A DNA stretch of 64,000 nucleotides from positions 160,001-224,000 of the forward strand of contig CAVXTP010000021.1 in assembly GCA_963764715.1 (NCBI GenBank), written 5' to 3'. Every line of letters begins with the position of its first letter. Position 1 is the first letter of the stretch. This document shows, piece after piece, positions 1 through 9,404 of this stretch. Made by a program: the position numbers and the translations under genes. The notes under the pieces were generated by a model. That model searched no databases and was not told the DNA's origin. It was given only the letters and a program-made list of their open reading frames with translations. Source of the stretch: an uncultured Acidobacteriota bacterium (lineage in GTDB: Bacteria > Acidobacteriota > Thermoanaerobaculia > UBA5066 > Gp7-AA6).

Positions 1-124
1 CGAGGAAGTCCCAGCGCAGCGAGAGCTTCGGCTTCGCCGGGGGCTCCTCGAAGTACTGCGGCTCCTGGGCCCCGGCGGCCGCCGCGACGAAGAGCCCCGC
101 GGAGAGAAGCGCCCGGACTCTCAC
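1..124 (-). CDS. Secreted/outer-membrane protein, N-terminal fragment (runs off window start)
   Basis: Manual translation from GTG at 124 (GTGA overlap with the kinase stop): MRVRALLSAGLFVAAAAGAQEPQYFEEPPAKPKLSLRWDFL. Signal-peptide-like with an AGA|Q cleavage site. Not in the ORF track. Confidence 0.6.
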   Translation of the reverse strand, partial: MRVRALLSAGLFVAAAAGAQEPQYFEEPPAKPKLSLRWDFL

Positions 125-2253
125 GCGGCCTGCGCGGTCACGCGCGTCAGCGCCTCGTAGAGCTCGTCGACGGTCTGGTACCGATTCCCGGGGTCCTTCT
201 GCATGCACTTCAGGATGATCTGCGAGATGCGCGGGTCGATCCGCGGGTTGCGCGCCTGCGGCGACGGCGGGTTCTCCTGGATGTGCTTCAGGACCACGGC
301 GAGCGGCGTGTCGCCGTCGAACGGGAGGGTCCCGGTGAAGACCTCGTAGAGCACGACGCCGGTCGAGTAGATGTCGGAGCGGAAGTCGAGGGTCTGTCCC
401 CGCGCCTGCTCGGGGGACATGTAGTCGGGCGTCCCGACGACGGTGCCCTCGGCCGTCATGCCGCGCTCCTCCTTGAGCCGGGCGATGCCGAAGTCCATGA
501 TCTTCAGTCCTCCCGTCGCCTCGATGATGATGTTCTGCGGCTTGATGTCGCGGTGGATCACGCCGACCTCGTGCGCCGCGGCGAGGCCCGCGCAGATCTG
601 CTTGGCGATGCGCAGGCCCACCGGGGTCGGCAGGATCTCGCCGGCGTCGACGAGCTGCTTTAGGGTCAGCCCCTTGACGAACTCCATCGAAAGGTAGCGC
701 AGGCCTCCCGACTCGCCGAGGTCGTGCGTTCGCAGGATGTTCGGGTGCGTGATGCGCCGGGCGAGCCGGATCTCCTGCTTGAACCGGTCGAGCAGCGTCG
801 GGTCGGCCGACAGGGCCTCGCCCCGGAGCGTCTTGATCGCGACGGCGTCGTCGAGGTCGCGGTCGTGCGCGCGGTAGACGACGCCCATGCCCCCGCGGCC
901 GAGCACTCCCTGGATCTCGTAGCGCGCCGCGAAGAGCTGGCCGACGACGGGCTCGCCGCCGGGGCGCGTCGCGGGGGAGACGGCGGTCCGCGCGACGGTC
1001 TCGGCGTCGGAGGCCATCGACATGGTCAGCGACGCGACGTACTGCTCGAGCGCGGCCTTCTCGCGCAGCTCCTCGAGCATGGCCCGGAAGGACCGCGCGA
1101 GGATGCCGATCTCGTCGTTCGACTCGACGGGAAGGTCCGGGGCGTCGAGGTTGCCCACGCGGACCTGGTCCGTCGCGCGGACGAGCCGGCCGACGCCGCC
1201 CGTGATGCGCCGCGCGAGGAAGAAGGAGAGGACGAACGCGATGACCAGCGCGGCGAGCCCGACCGCGACGAGGATGGTCTGGATCTGGCGGAACGCCGCG
1301 AGCTCCTTCTCGCGGCTCCGCAGGGCCACGGCGGCGCCGACGAGCTGGTCCGTCGAGGATCGGATCGGCAGGAGATAGGCGAGATAGGTCTCGCCGGCGA
1401 GCTCGAGGGCGAGCGGGCCGATCGTCCGCCCCTGGCGCAGGACGGCCTGCACGAGATCGGGCCGCCTCTCGATCGCCTGCACGGCGGGCGACGTCACCGG
1501 TCCCATGGTGGAAGCGGCCAGCGCGGCCTTCGCGGGCTCGGAGGGTTTGGCGGCGTCCGCGAGGAACACGACCTGCGTGTTGAGCAGCCGCTCGAGGTTG
1601 CGCGCGACCTCGTCGTCGATCTGGAAAGCCGCGGCGATCACGCCGGTCAGCCGCGCGCCGCCCTCGAGGACCGGGGCCGCGACGACGTGGTAGAGCTTGC
1701 CGCCCGAGAGCCAGATCCCCTCGGTCTGCGCGCCCTGCAGCGCGCCCGCGATCGTCGGGACCGCCGAGAGGTCGGCCGCGTAGGGCAGCGGCCGGTCCGT
1801 TCGCGCGAGCGCCGCGCCCTCGGGGGTCGTGGCGATGAGGAAGTCGGCGCGGACGCTCGACGCCTGCTCGCGCTTGAGCGTGTCGAAGACGGTGGCCGGA
1901 TCGGGCCGGCCGGTCTCCGGGACGAGCGTCGACATCATCGAGACCGTGCCGGCGTTGTTCACGACGACGGCGAGCGCGCGGTGCAGCTCGTCGTAGCGGT
2001 TCTGCTGGAAGGACTCCCAGCCCGGGCCCGCCTTCTTGAGGTCCTCGGCGATCTTGGCGTCGGCCACGGCGCGCGCGCGGAAGGCCGAGACGGCGACGGC
2101 GCCGCCGACGGCGACGAGGATGAGGAGGGCCATGGCCAGGAAGATCTTCAGCGTCAGCGAGAACTTCGGGGGCTCCGGCGGCGGAAGCTTCAGACCCTTC
2201 GGACGGACCTCCGCCGAGGTCGCGCCGTGGCCGGGCGTCTCAGTAGCGCTCAT
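121..2253 (-). CDS. Membrane sensor Ser/Thr kinase: TM - periplasmic Cache-like domain - TM - HAMP - C-terminal Hanks kinase
   Basis: Two hydrophobic helices, HAMP signature (DEIGILARSFRAM), kinase motifs GRGGMGVVY, VAIK, HRDIKPQN, DFGIA, GTPDYMSPE. Confidence 0.9.
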   Translation of the reverse strand: MSATETPGHGATSAEVRPKGLKLPPPEPPKFSLTLKIFLAMALLILVAVGGAVAVSAFRARAVADAKIAEDLKKAGPGWESFQQNRYDELHRALAVVVNNAGTVSMMSTLVPETGRPDPATVFDTLKREQASSVRADFLIATTPEGAALARTDRPLPYAADLSAVPTIAGALQGAQTEGIWLSGGKLYHVVAAPVLEGGARLTGVIAAAFQIDDEVARNLERLLNTQVVFLADAAKPSEPAKAALAASTMGPVTSPAVQAIERRPDLVQAVLRQGRTIGPLALELAGETYLAYLLPIRSSTDQLVGAAVALRSREKELAAFRQIQTILVAVGLAALVIAFVLSFFLARRITGGVGRLVRATDQVRVGNLDAPDLPVESNDEIGILARSFRAMLEELREKAALEQYVASLTMSMASDAETVARTAVSPATRPGGEPVVGQLFAARYEIQGVLGRGGMGVVYRAHDRDLDDAVAIKTLRGEALSADPTLLDRFKQEIRLARRITHPNILRTHDLGESGGLRYLSMEFVKGLTLKQLVDAGEILPTPVGLRIAKQICAGLAAAHEVGVIHRDIKPQNIIIEATGGLKIMDFGIARLKEERGMTAEGTVVGTPDYMSPEQARGQTLDFRSDIYSTGVVLYEVFTGTLPFDGDTPLAVVLKHIQENPPSPQARNPRIDPRISQIILKCMQKDPGNRYQTVDELYEALTRVTAQAA

Positions 2254-2920
2254 CTTCCGAGTCGGGCGGAGGCGGCTTGTAGTCCTTGCCGTACTTGTTC
2301 TTGTGGGCCTCCGGCCGGAACCCGGAGACGTCGATCCGCACGGTCGAGGGCGGCTCGCCCGCCTTCACGGTGATCGGAACGCTCACCTCCGCGGCCGCCT
2401 GCTCGTTCCAGGCCTTGAGCACGCGGGCGCCGTCGGGCACGCCGTCGATCCGGAAGGCCCCGTCGGGCCCCGTGACCGCCGCGAAGTCCGAGTCGACCAC
2501 GAGGACGAAGCCGACCATCTGGGGGTGGATGTTGCAGTAGACCCGGACGAGGCCGGCCTCCTCGAACGTCTTCGGCTTGGAGGCGCCGCTGCGGTAGAGG
2601 CCGAGGTCGAAGCGGTTGCCGCTCGAGACGGAGAACACGTTGTGGTAGATCGGGTCGGCGTTGGGAAATTGAACCGTCCCGTTCTTCGAGACCACGACGA
2701 CGCGCGGCTGGAAGCGCTTCGAGGCGCTCTTCATCTCGCCCGTGGCCGTTCGGCCGGCCGCCCCGCCGTGCGCTCCCTCGATCCAGACGACCGAGTTCGA
2801 GGCGTCGGCGAGGTCCTTGCCGTCCTTGACGAGGACGACCCGGCCCGCGACCGTTCCCGCCCGCGCCGCGGGCGCCGACAGGAGGAACGCCAGGAGGACG
2901 GCGGCGCCGCGATTTCCCAT
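2240..2920 (-). CDS. Secreted cupredoxin-like (plastocyanin/amicyanin-type) protein with C-terminal carboxypeptidase-regulatory-like beta domain
   Basis: Signal peptide; HNVFS and YCNIHPQM give the His/Cys/His/Met type-1 copper ligand pattern; overlaps the kinase start. Confidence 0.75.
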   Translation of the reverse strand: MGNRGAAVLLAFLLSAPAARAGTVAGRVVLVKDGKDLADASNSVVWIEGAHGGAAGRTATGEMKSASKRFQPRVVVVSKNGTVQFPNADPIYHNVFSVSSGNRFDLGLYRSGASKPKTFEEAGLVRVYCNIHPQMVGFVLVVDSDFAAVTGPDGAFRIDGVPDGARVLKAWNEQAAAEVSVPITVKAGEPPSTVRIDVSGFRPEAHKNKYGKDYKPPPPDSEDERY

Positions 2921-2979
2921 GATTTACGCAAAAAATCATAGCATCCGCTGTCGCGTGAGGCCGCGTCGCGCCCTGCCCG

Positions 2980-2985
2980 TATAAT
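2980..2985 (+). promoter_or_regulatory. Candidate sigma70 -10 box (TATAAT) for the OPT transporter
   Basis: Perfect TATAAT in the divergent intergenic region ~45 nt upstream of ATG 3029, which has a GGAGG RBS. Confidence 0.5.
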
Positions 2986-3028
2986 CCGCCGCAGCCGAGA
3001 GTCAGGAAGGCAAGAGAGCGGAGGTCGC

Positions 3029-5029
3029 ATGGCGCACGAAGCCGCCCCGGGATCGGAGTTCCGTCCGTACGTCTCTCCGGGACAGGACATTCCCGAGTTC
3101 ACGCTGAAGGCCGTCCTGCTCGGCATCTTCTTCGGCGTCCTCTTCGGCGCGGCGACCGTCTACCTCGCCCTGCGGGCCGGCCTGACGGTTTCGGCCTCGG
3201 TCCCGATCGCGGTCCTCGCGATCGCCGTCTTCAAGAAGATCGGCAACTCCACGATCCTCGAGAACAACATGGTCCAGACGATCGGCTCCGCGGGCGAGTC
3301 GGTCGCCGCCGGCGTGGTGTTCACGATGCCGGCCCTCCTGTTCCTGTCGGACGGCGAGCACTACTTCAAGTACGTCACGATCTTCGTGCTGTCGGCCGTG
3401 GGCGGAACGCTCGGCGTCCTCTTCATGATCCCCCTGCGGCGCGCCCTCATCGTCAAGGAGCACGGCAACCTCAAGTACCCGGAAGGCGTGGCCTGCGCGG
3501 ACGTCCTGATCGCCGGCGAAAAGGGCGGCGACCTCGCCCGCATGGTCTTCAAGGGCGTCGGCATCGCGATGCTCTACAAGTTCCTCTACGGCATCCTCGG
3601 ACTCTGGCGGGAAACGGCGACCTGGTTCCGCACCGGGAAGGACGGCAAGATCCCGGACGCCACGCTCTCCTGCGACGTCACGCCGGAGTACCTGGGACTC
3701 GGCTACATCATCGGGCCGCGCATCGCGGGCGAGCTCGCGTCGGGCGGCGTGCTCTCGTGGCTGGCGCTGATTCCGCTGATCTCGATCTTCGTCGACAACG
3801 GGCGCATCGTCCAGGACCTCAAGAACCTGGGCTTCACCGATGCCTGGATGGCGAGCCACTCCCACGCCGAGTGGATCTACCGGGCGTACGTCCGTTACAT
3901 CGGCGCGGGCGCGGTCGCCTGCGCGGGCGTCATGACCCTCGTCAAGACGCTCCCGACGATCGTGTCGGCGTTCCGCGAGTCGGTCAAGAGCTTCGGCAAA
4001 GGCGGCGACAAGTCGACGATCCGTACGGAGCGGGACCTCGGGATGGGCATCGTGATCTTCGGGTCGCTCGTGCTCGCGCTCCTCATCACGGTCCTGCCGG
4101 GCTTCCCGCACGGCCCGTTCCCGGGCTCGCTCCTGATGGGCCTTCTCGTCGTCGTGTTCGGGTTCTTCTTCGTGACGGTCTCCTCGCGCATCGTCGGCAT
4201 CATCGGCACCTCCTCGAACCCGATCTCCGGCATGACGATCGCGACGATCATGGCGACCTGCGTCGTCTTCGTCGCCGTCGGCCGGACGGGCGACGTCTAC
4301 CAGGCCGTCGCCCTGTGCATCGGGGCCATCGTCTGCGTCGCGGCGGCCAACGCCGGCGCAACGTCCCAGGACCTGAAGACCGGGTATCTGGTCGGCGCGA
4401 CGCCCCGCCGGCAGCAGATCGGTTTCATCATCGGCGTCCTGACGTCGACACTCGTCATCGGCGGGACGCTCTTCCTCCTCGACAAGACGTACGCGATGGG
4501 CGAGCCGCACGGCATCGGCGGTCCCAAGCTCGCGGCCCCGCAGGCGACCCTCATGGCGACGATCATCAAGGGCCTCCTCGCCCAGAACCTGCCGTGGGCT
4601 CCCGTGCTCGTCGGCGTCTTCCTGGCGTTCATGGCGCAGATGGCGGGCGCGCACGCCCTCTCCTGGGCGGTCGGCGCCTACCTTCCGCTCTCGACGACCT
4701 TCCCGATCTGGATCGGCGGCATGATGAAGGCCCTCGCCGACAAGATCACCAACCGCAAGGAGGAGAGCGAGCTCTCCTCGGGCATGCTCTATTCGACGGG
4801 CCTCGTGGCGGGCGGCTCGCTCGGCGGCGTCCTCATCGCCCTCGTCGCGTTCATCGGAGACTCGGTCCTCCACATGGAGAACCCGACGCTCATCGAGCGG
4901 CTCGACCTCGGGGCGAAGCTCTACCCGGCGTTCAAGAACGGGGTCGCCGGAGACGTCTTCTGCGCGCTCGTGTTCGCCGGCCTCTGCTGGCTGCTCGTCC
5001 AGAACGCCCGGAAGAAGCTGGAAGCGTAG
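3029..5029 (+). CDS. OPT family oligopeptide transporter
   Basis: Many TM helices; OPT motifs [57 protein letters not shown]. Confidence 0.93.
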   Translation: MAHEAAPGSEFRPYVSPGQDIPEFTLKAVLLGIFFGVLFGAATVYLALRAGLTVSASVPIAVLAIAVFKKIGNSTILENNMVQTIGSAGESVAAGVVFTMPALLFLSDGEHYFKYVTIFVLSAVGGTLGVLFMIPLRRALIVKEHGNLKYPEGVACADVLIAGEKGGDLARMVFKGVGIAMLYKFLYGILGLWRETATWFRTGKDGKIPDATLSCDVTPEYLGLGYIIGPRIAGELASGGVLSWLALIPLISIFVDNGRIVQDLKNLGFTDAWMASHSHAEWIYRAYVRYIGAGAVACAGVMTLVKTLPTIVSAFRESVKSFGKGGDKSTIRTERDLGMGIVIFGSLVLALLITVLPGFPHGPFPGSLLMGLLVVVFGFFFVTVSSRIVGIIGTSSNPISGMTIATIMATCVVFVAVGRTGDVYQAVALCIGAIVCVAAANAGATSQDLKTGYLVGATPRRQQIGFIIGVLTSTLVIGGTLFLLDKTYAMGEPHGIGGPKLAAPQATLMATIIKGLLAQNLPWAPVLVGVFLAFMAQMAGAHALSWAVGAYLPLSTTFPIWIGGMMKALADKITNRKEESELSSGMLYSTGLVAGGSLGGVLIALVAFIGDSVLHMENPTLIERLDLGAKLYPAFKNGVAGDVFCALVFAGLCWLLVQNARKKLEA

Positions 5030-5054
5030 GGAGCCGCCGGCGGATCGCCGCCCG

Positions 5055-6233
5055 TCAGATCACGCCGAACGTTTTCCCGACCTTCTTGAACGCGTCGACG
5101 GCGCGGTCGAGGTCGGAGCGCTCGTGGGCGGCCGAGACCTGGCACCGCAGACGCGCCTGGCCCTGCGGGACGACGGGGAAGCCGAACCCCGAGACGTAGA
5201 CCCCCTCCTCGAGGAGGGCCTTGCCCATCGCCAGGGCCTTCGCCGTCTCGCCGACGATGACCGGGACGATCGGATGCGTGCCGTGGGGGATCTTGAACCC
5301 GGCGTCCGAGATCGCCTTCCGGTAGTAGGCCGCGTTGTCGCGGAGCTTGCGGACGGGCGCGGGGTCCTCCCGCAGCATGCGGAAGGACTCGAGCGCGCCC
5401 GCCGCGACGGCGGGGGGAAGGGAGTTCGAGAAGATGTAGGTGCGGCTTCGCTGCCGGAGCGTCTCGACGAGGGACTTCGGCCCCGTGACGAACCCGCCGG
5501 CCGCCGAGCCCATCGCCTTGCCGAGGGTGCCCGTCGTGACCGGGACCCGGCCGAAGACGCCCTGCTCCTCGGCGGTGCCGCGGCCCGTGGCGCCGAGGAT
5601 GCCGGTCGCGTGCGAGTCGTCGACCGCGAGGACGGCGCCGTGCTTCTCGCAGACGCGGACGCATTCCCGCAGATCGGCCTCCTCGCCTTCCATCGAGAAG
5701 ACGCCGTCGGTGATGTAGAGCTTGAAGCGCGAGGTGGTGTCTTCCCCGAGCATGCGGTCGAGGGCCGCGAGGTCCCCGTGCGGCGCGCGGAAGCGCTTGG
5801 CCTTGCTGAGCCGCACGCCGTCGATGATCGACGCGTGGTTGAGCTCGTCCGAGTAGAGGCCGTCGGGCTCGTCGAGGACGGTCGCGAACAGGCCCTCGTT
5901 CGCCGCCCAGCAGGTCATGTAGAGGATGGCGTCGTCGCAGCCGAAGAAGGACGCGATCTCCGCCTCGAGCTCCTTGTGGAGCTCCTGCGTGCCGCAGATG
6001 AAGCGCACGGACCCGAGGCCCGCGCCCCAGCGGTCGACCGCCTTCTTCTGGGCCTCGCGGATGCGAGGGTGGTTGGCGAGCCCTAGGTAGTTGTTCGAGG
6101 TCAGCATGATGACCTCGCGGCCGCCGACCTTGACGCGCGGCCCCTGCGCGGACTGGAGGACGAGCTCTTCCTTGTAGGTGCCGGCCTCGCGGAGCGCGGC
6201 CATCTGCCCGGCGAGGTGGTCGAGGAGCGTCAT
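5055..6233 (-). CDS. kbl: Glycine C-acetyltransferase (2-amino-3-ketobutyrate CoA ligase)
   Basis: Start reassigned to MTLLDHL (6233); SNNYLGLA, SVRFICGT, SDELNHASIIDG, DDSHATG, TLGKAMG (PLP lysine); adjacent to tdh. Confidence 0.92.
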   Translation of the reverse strand: MTLLDHLAGQMAALREAGTYKEELVLQSAQGPRVKVGGREVIMLTSNNYLGLANHPRIREAQKKAVDRWGAGLGSVRFICGTQELHKELEAEIASFFGCDDAILYMTCWAANEGLFATVLDEPDGLYSDELNHASIIDGVRLSKAKRFRAPHGDLAALDRMLGEDTTSRFKLYITDGVFSMEGEEADLRECVRVCEKHGAVLAVDDSHATGILGATGRGTAEEQGVFGRVPVTTGTLGKAMGSAAGGFVTGPKSLVETLRQRSRTYIFSNSLPPAVAAGALESFRMLREDPAPVRKLRDNAAYYRKAISDAGFKIPHGTHPIVPVIVGETAKALAMGKALLEEGVYVSGFGFPVVPQGQARLRCQVSAAHERSDLDRAVDAFKKVGKTFGVI

Positions 6234-6274
6234 GTGTTCAGCCTCCCGTCGGAGCGGCTCGACTGGCCGCTGAC

Positions 6275-6299
6275 GGGCGGGGACGAGCCCCGCCCCTAC
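6275..6299 (-). repeat. GTAG-type REP palindrome
   Basis: Reverse complement GTAGGGGCGGGGCTCGTCCCCGCCC; 24/25 identical to the copy at 15918-15942. Confidence 0.75.
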
Positions 6300-6766
6300 T
6301 TCGACTCCGAAACGATCTTTCCGGCGACGCGGTCGCCGGGGAAGGCCGCGCCGAGGGCCGCGAGCGCCCGGTCGAACGCCCCCATCGAGCCGGCCATGAT
6401 CTCCGCGCAGAGGGTCGGCGTCCGGACGAACTCCATCGTCCCCGTCACGCCGCGCACGACGATCGAGTCCGCCGGGGCCTCGACCGTGAAGAGGATCCCG
6501 TCGACCTCCTCGAGCGCCCGCGAGGCGATCCGTTCGGCCTTCTCGACCTCGTCGCGCATCAGGCAAACGCCCGCGAGGCCCACGACCTGGAAATGGTTGG
6601 GCTCGAACTCGGTGCGGTCCCAGTTCTTCCAGACGCGGTCGCGCGGGACGAGCTGGAACCGGTAGGCGACGGCCGAGAGCCGCGACTCCTCGACGGCGAA
6701 CTCGGCGATACGCCGCTCCGTCAGCTCCTGGTTGGGGTCGGGCTTGGGAGGCTTGCTCGTGGGCAT
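6296..6766 (-). CDS. Hypothetical protein (156 aa) between tdh and kbl
   Basis: C-terminal part of ORF 6296..7732, starting MPTSKPPKPDP 2 nt after the tdh stop; protein-like composition; fills the operon gap. Confidence 0.7.
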   Translation of the reverse strand: MPTSKPPKPDPNQELTERRIAEFAVEESRLSAVAYRFQLVPRDRVWKNWDRTEFEPNHFQVVGLAGVCLMRDEVEKAERIASRALEEVDGILFTVEAPADSIVVRGVTGTMEFVRTPTLCAEIMAGSMGAFDRALAALGAAFPGDRVAGKIVSESK

Positions 6767-6768
6767 GG

Positions 6769-7920
6769 TCAGGGTCTCCCGTTCGGATAAAAGACGACCT
6801 TCATCGCGCGGCGGTCGTCGAGCAGCTGCATCGCGTCGTGGAACTTCTCGAGGCCCTCGAACTCGTCGGTGACGAGCCCCTCGACGTCGAGGCCGGCCCG
6901 GAAGAGGTCGATCATCTTGATCCAGGTGTCGAAGATCCGCCGGCCGATGATGGCGTGGATCGTGATGCCCTTGAACACGACGTCGTGGGTGTACTCGCGG
7001 ATCGTCACGGCCTTGTCGCGCGGCAGGCCGAGGAGCGACAGGATCGCGCCCGGCCGCGCCGCGGCGAGGCCCAGGTTGATCGAGGGCTCCGCGCCCGAAA
7101 GCTCGAGCACGACGTCCGCGCCGCCGCCCGTGGCCTCGCGCAGGCTCCCGACGGGGTCCTTGGTGCGGGGCAGCTCGATGACCGAGACCTGGGAGAGCTT
7201 GCGCTCCTTGGCCCAGCGGCGCGCGTGCGCGGCCGCGAGGCCGTTGACCTCCGTGATCGCGATGCGGGCGGCGCCGGAGATGCGCGCGATCTCGGCGCAC
7301 ATCGCGCCGATCGGACCGTAGCCGAGCACGGCCACGGACACGCCGGAGAGGTCGGCGACCTGGGTGGTGTGGACGGCGTTGCCGAGGGCGTCGAGGAACG
7401 CGCCGACCTTCGGGGGGATCATGTCCCGGTCGAGCGGCACCACGTTGAAGGCCGGCACCACGACGTACTGGGCGAAGCAGCCGTCGCCGTGCACGCCCAG
7501 GATCCGCGTGTTCTCGCAGATGTGGCGGCGGCCCGTGCGGCATGGACGGCAGGCCCCGCACGTCACGTGCATCTCGGCCGAGACGTACTGGCCCTCCTCG
7601 AGGTGCGGGCGCTTTCCACCCGGCCCGAAGGCGACGATCTCGCCGCAGAACTCGTGGCCGTAGATGCGCGGGGGCCGGATCATCCCGGTGATCGAGGCGT
7701 CCCATTGATAGATGTGCTTGTCCGTTCCGCACACGGCCGTCGCCAGCACCTTGATCAGGACCTCGGCCTGCCCGGGAACCGGCACCGGAACCGTCTTGAT
7801 CTCCGTGGCGCCCGGACCGCCCGCGGCCTTCGTCTTGACGACCGCGGTCATCTTCGCGGGAAGCCCGGCTTTCGGACTCCTGCCTCCTGCCGCCCGCCTC
7901 CTGCCTCCTGTCTTCCCCAT
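6769..7920 (-). CDS. tdh: L-threonine 3-dehydrogenase (Zn-dependent MDR)
   Basis: CGTDKHIY, GHEFCG, SAEMHVTCGACRPCRTGRRHIC, GYGPIG; TGATG coupling with the upstream aldolase (alternative start 7851); in operon with kbl. Confidence 0.9.
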   Translation of the reverse strand: MGKTGGRRRAAGGRSPKAGLPAKMTAVVKTKAAGGPGATEIKTVPVPVPGQAEVLIKVLATAVCGTDKHIYQWDASITGMIRPPRIYGHEFCGEIVAFGPGGKRPHLEEGQYVSAEMHVTCGACRPCRTGRRHICENTRILGVHGDGCFAQYVVVPAFNVVPLDRDMIPPKVGAFLDALGNAVHTTQVADLSGVSVAVLGYGPIGAMCAEIARISGAARIAITEVNGLAAAHARRWAKERKLSQVSVIELPRTKDPVGSLREATGGGADVVLELSGAEPSINLGLAAARPGAILSLLGLPRDKAVTIREYTHDVVFKGITIHAIIGRRIFDTWIKMIDLFRAGLDVEGLVTDEFEGLEKFHDAMQLLDDRRAMKVVFYPNGRP

Positions 7921-9344
7921 CAGTCGCCCGCCTGGTCGTCGCGCACGAAGCCCGTGCGCGCGCCGGCCGCCGCGGCGTGGACCGAGTAGACTGACGCCGG
8001 CTTCACGTACTTTCCGACGACCGCGCGCGTTCCGCCGACCCGCAGCTTCTCGAAGAGGAACGTGAACTTGTCCTCGAGCGTCGCGCGGATCGCGCCCTTG
8101 GTGCCCTCGGGGAGGTTCCAGACCTGCTCCTTGTACGGGCCGATCGCCTTCTTGCGGGTCTTGTAGAGGAACTGGGGCTGCGTCTCGCCCGACTTCCGCT
8201 CCTCGGCGGCGTTCTCGTCGAGCCAGCGCTCGATCTCCCGCTTCAAGGGATAGGGGAACGCGGGGTGGTCGTAGACGGTGTTCATGAAGTCGGTCGCGAG
8301 ATGGATCTCGGCGCAGTCGTTGTCCGGGAAGTGGCCGAAGTACTCGGGCGGAAGGGTCGAGGCGCCGTGCTGCACGGCGCCGGCGAGGCCGTATTCCTCG
8401 CGCGCCACCTTCGAGATCGTCTTCAGGACGTTGAAGTCGATCGCGACCCGCTCGACCGTGCCGTCGGCCGCGACGACGCCGCCGTGCGAGGAGCCGGTCT
8501 GGACCGAGACCTTCTCGATGCCGTGGCCGCCGCCGAGCGCCTTGCGGTAGACGTTCATGTAGGCGCGGAACTCCTCGGGCGTCGAGTTCTCCTTGCCGAC
8601 CTCGCCGATCTCGCCGCCGACGGAGATCGGCATCGCCTTCGGCTCGCGCTCGCGGATGAACTTCGTGAAGCGGGCGCAGAGGTTCGCGTTGACGTCCTGC
8701 TGCGCCTCGAGCGTCGGCTTCGAGAGGTCGACGAGCGTCGACGTGTCGATGTCGATCTGGAGGAAGCCCGCCGGGATCGCCTCGTCGATGAGCGCCTCGA
8801 TCGCGGCGATCTCCTTCTCGGGCGCCTCCTTCATCTTCTTCGGGTTCGTCTGGAAGTGGTCGCCCTGCAGGAAAAACGGGCCCGTCCACTCCTCGCGGAT
8901 CGCGGCGGCGAGCATCACGGCCGCGTACTCGGCCGGGCGCTGCTCCGTGTAGCCCATCTCGCTGCGGGCGATCTCGAAGATGAGCGCGCCGACGTCGAGG
9001 CGCCGGGCGGCGCGCATGGCAGCGCGCGCCGTGTCGTAGGACATGATCCGGACGTTGACCGCGGGGACCGTGAAGCCGGAGACCTCGCCCCGCCCCCGCG
9101 CCTGGTAGAGGGGGAGGATCGAGGCGGGGAGGATGCCGAGGGATTCGGCGGCCTCGCGGATCGCGTGGCGCGCGCCGTCCCGCGCCTCGGCCGGCGCGAA
9201 GACGGCCGTCCAGACGAGGGCGTCGATCATCTCGGCGCGGAAGCGCGCCGGGTTCGTCACGACGACGCCGCCGTCGAGGCGGCAGGTCCCCGAGCGAGTC
9301 AGGGCTTCTCGAAGCTCGGCCGGGGATGCGTAGAGGTTCATCAT
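7920..9344 (-). CDS. Class II (metal-dependent) fructose-bisphosphate aldolase family protein with N-terminal extension
   Basis: Start MMNLYASP; VPAVN, QGDH, GEIGEVG, TGSSHG, VQHGAS motifs of class II aldolases. Confidence 0.8.
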   Translation of the reverse strand: MMNLYASPAELREALTRSGTCRLDGGVVVTNPARFRAEMIDALVWTAVFAPAEARDGARHAIREAAESLGILPASILPLYQARGRGEVSGFTVPAVNVRIMSYDTARAAMRAARRLDVGALIFEIARSEMGYTEQRPAEYAAVMLAAAIREEWTGPFFLQGDHFQTNPKKMKEAPEKEIAAIEALIDEAIPAGFLQIDIDTSTLVDLSKPTLEAQQDVNANLCARFTKFIREREPKAMPISVGGEIGEVGKENSTPEEFRAYMNVYRKALGGGHGIEKVSVQTGSSHGGVVAADGTVERVAIDFNVLKTISKVAREEYGLAGAVQHGASTLPPEYFGHFPDNDCAEIHLATDFMNTVYDHPAFPYPLKREIERWLDENAAEERKSGETQPQFLYKTRKKAIGPYKEQVWNLPEGTKGAIRATLEDKFTFLFEKLRVGGTRAVVGKYVKPASVYSVHAAAAGARTGFVRDDQAGD

Positions 9345-9404
9345 GGCTCCACGTCGGAAAGTGCCCGGGGATTCTAATGCAGGGCCGTATGCTACGGTCT
9401 TTCC

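Noticed and set aside
7877-7910. Short direct repeat CTCCTGCCTCCTG x2 at the tdh 5' end
   Set aside because: Only two copies, within a low-complexity basic N-terminal extension or leader; no evidence of function.
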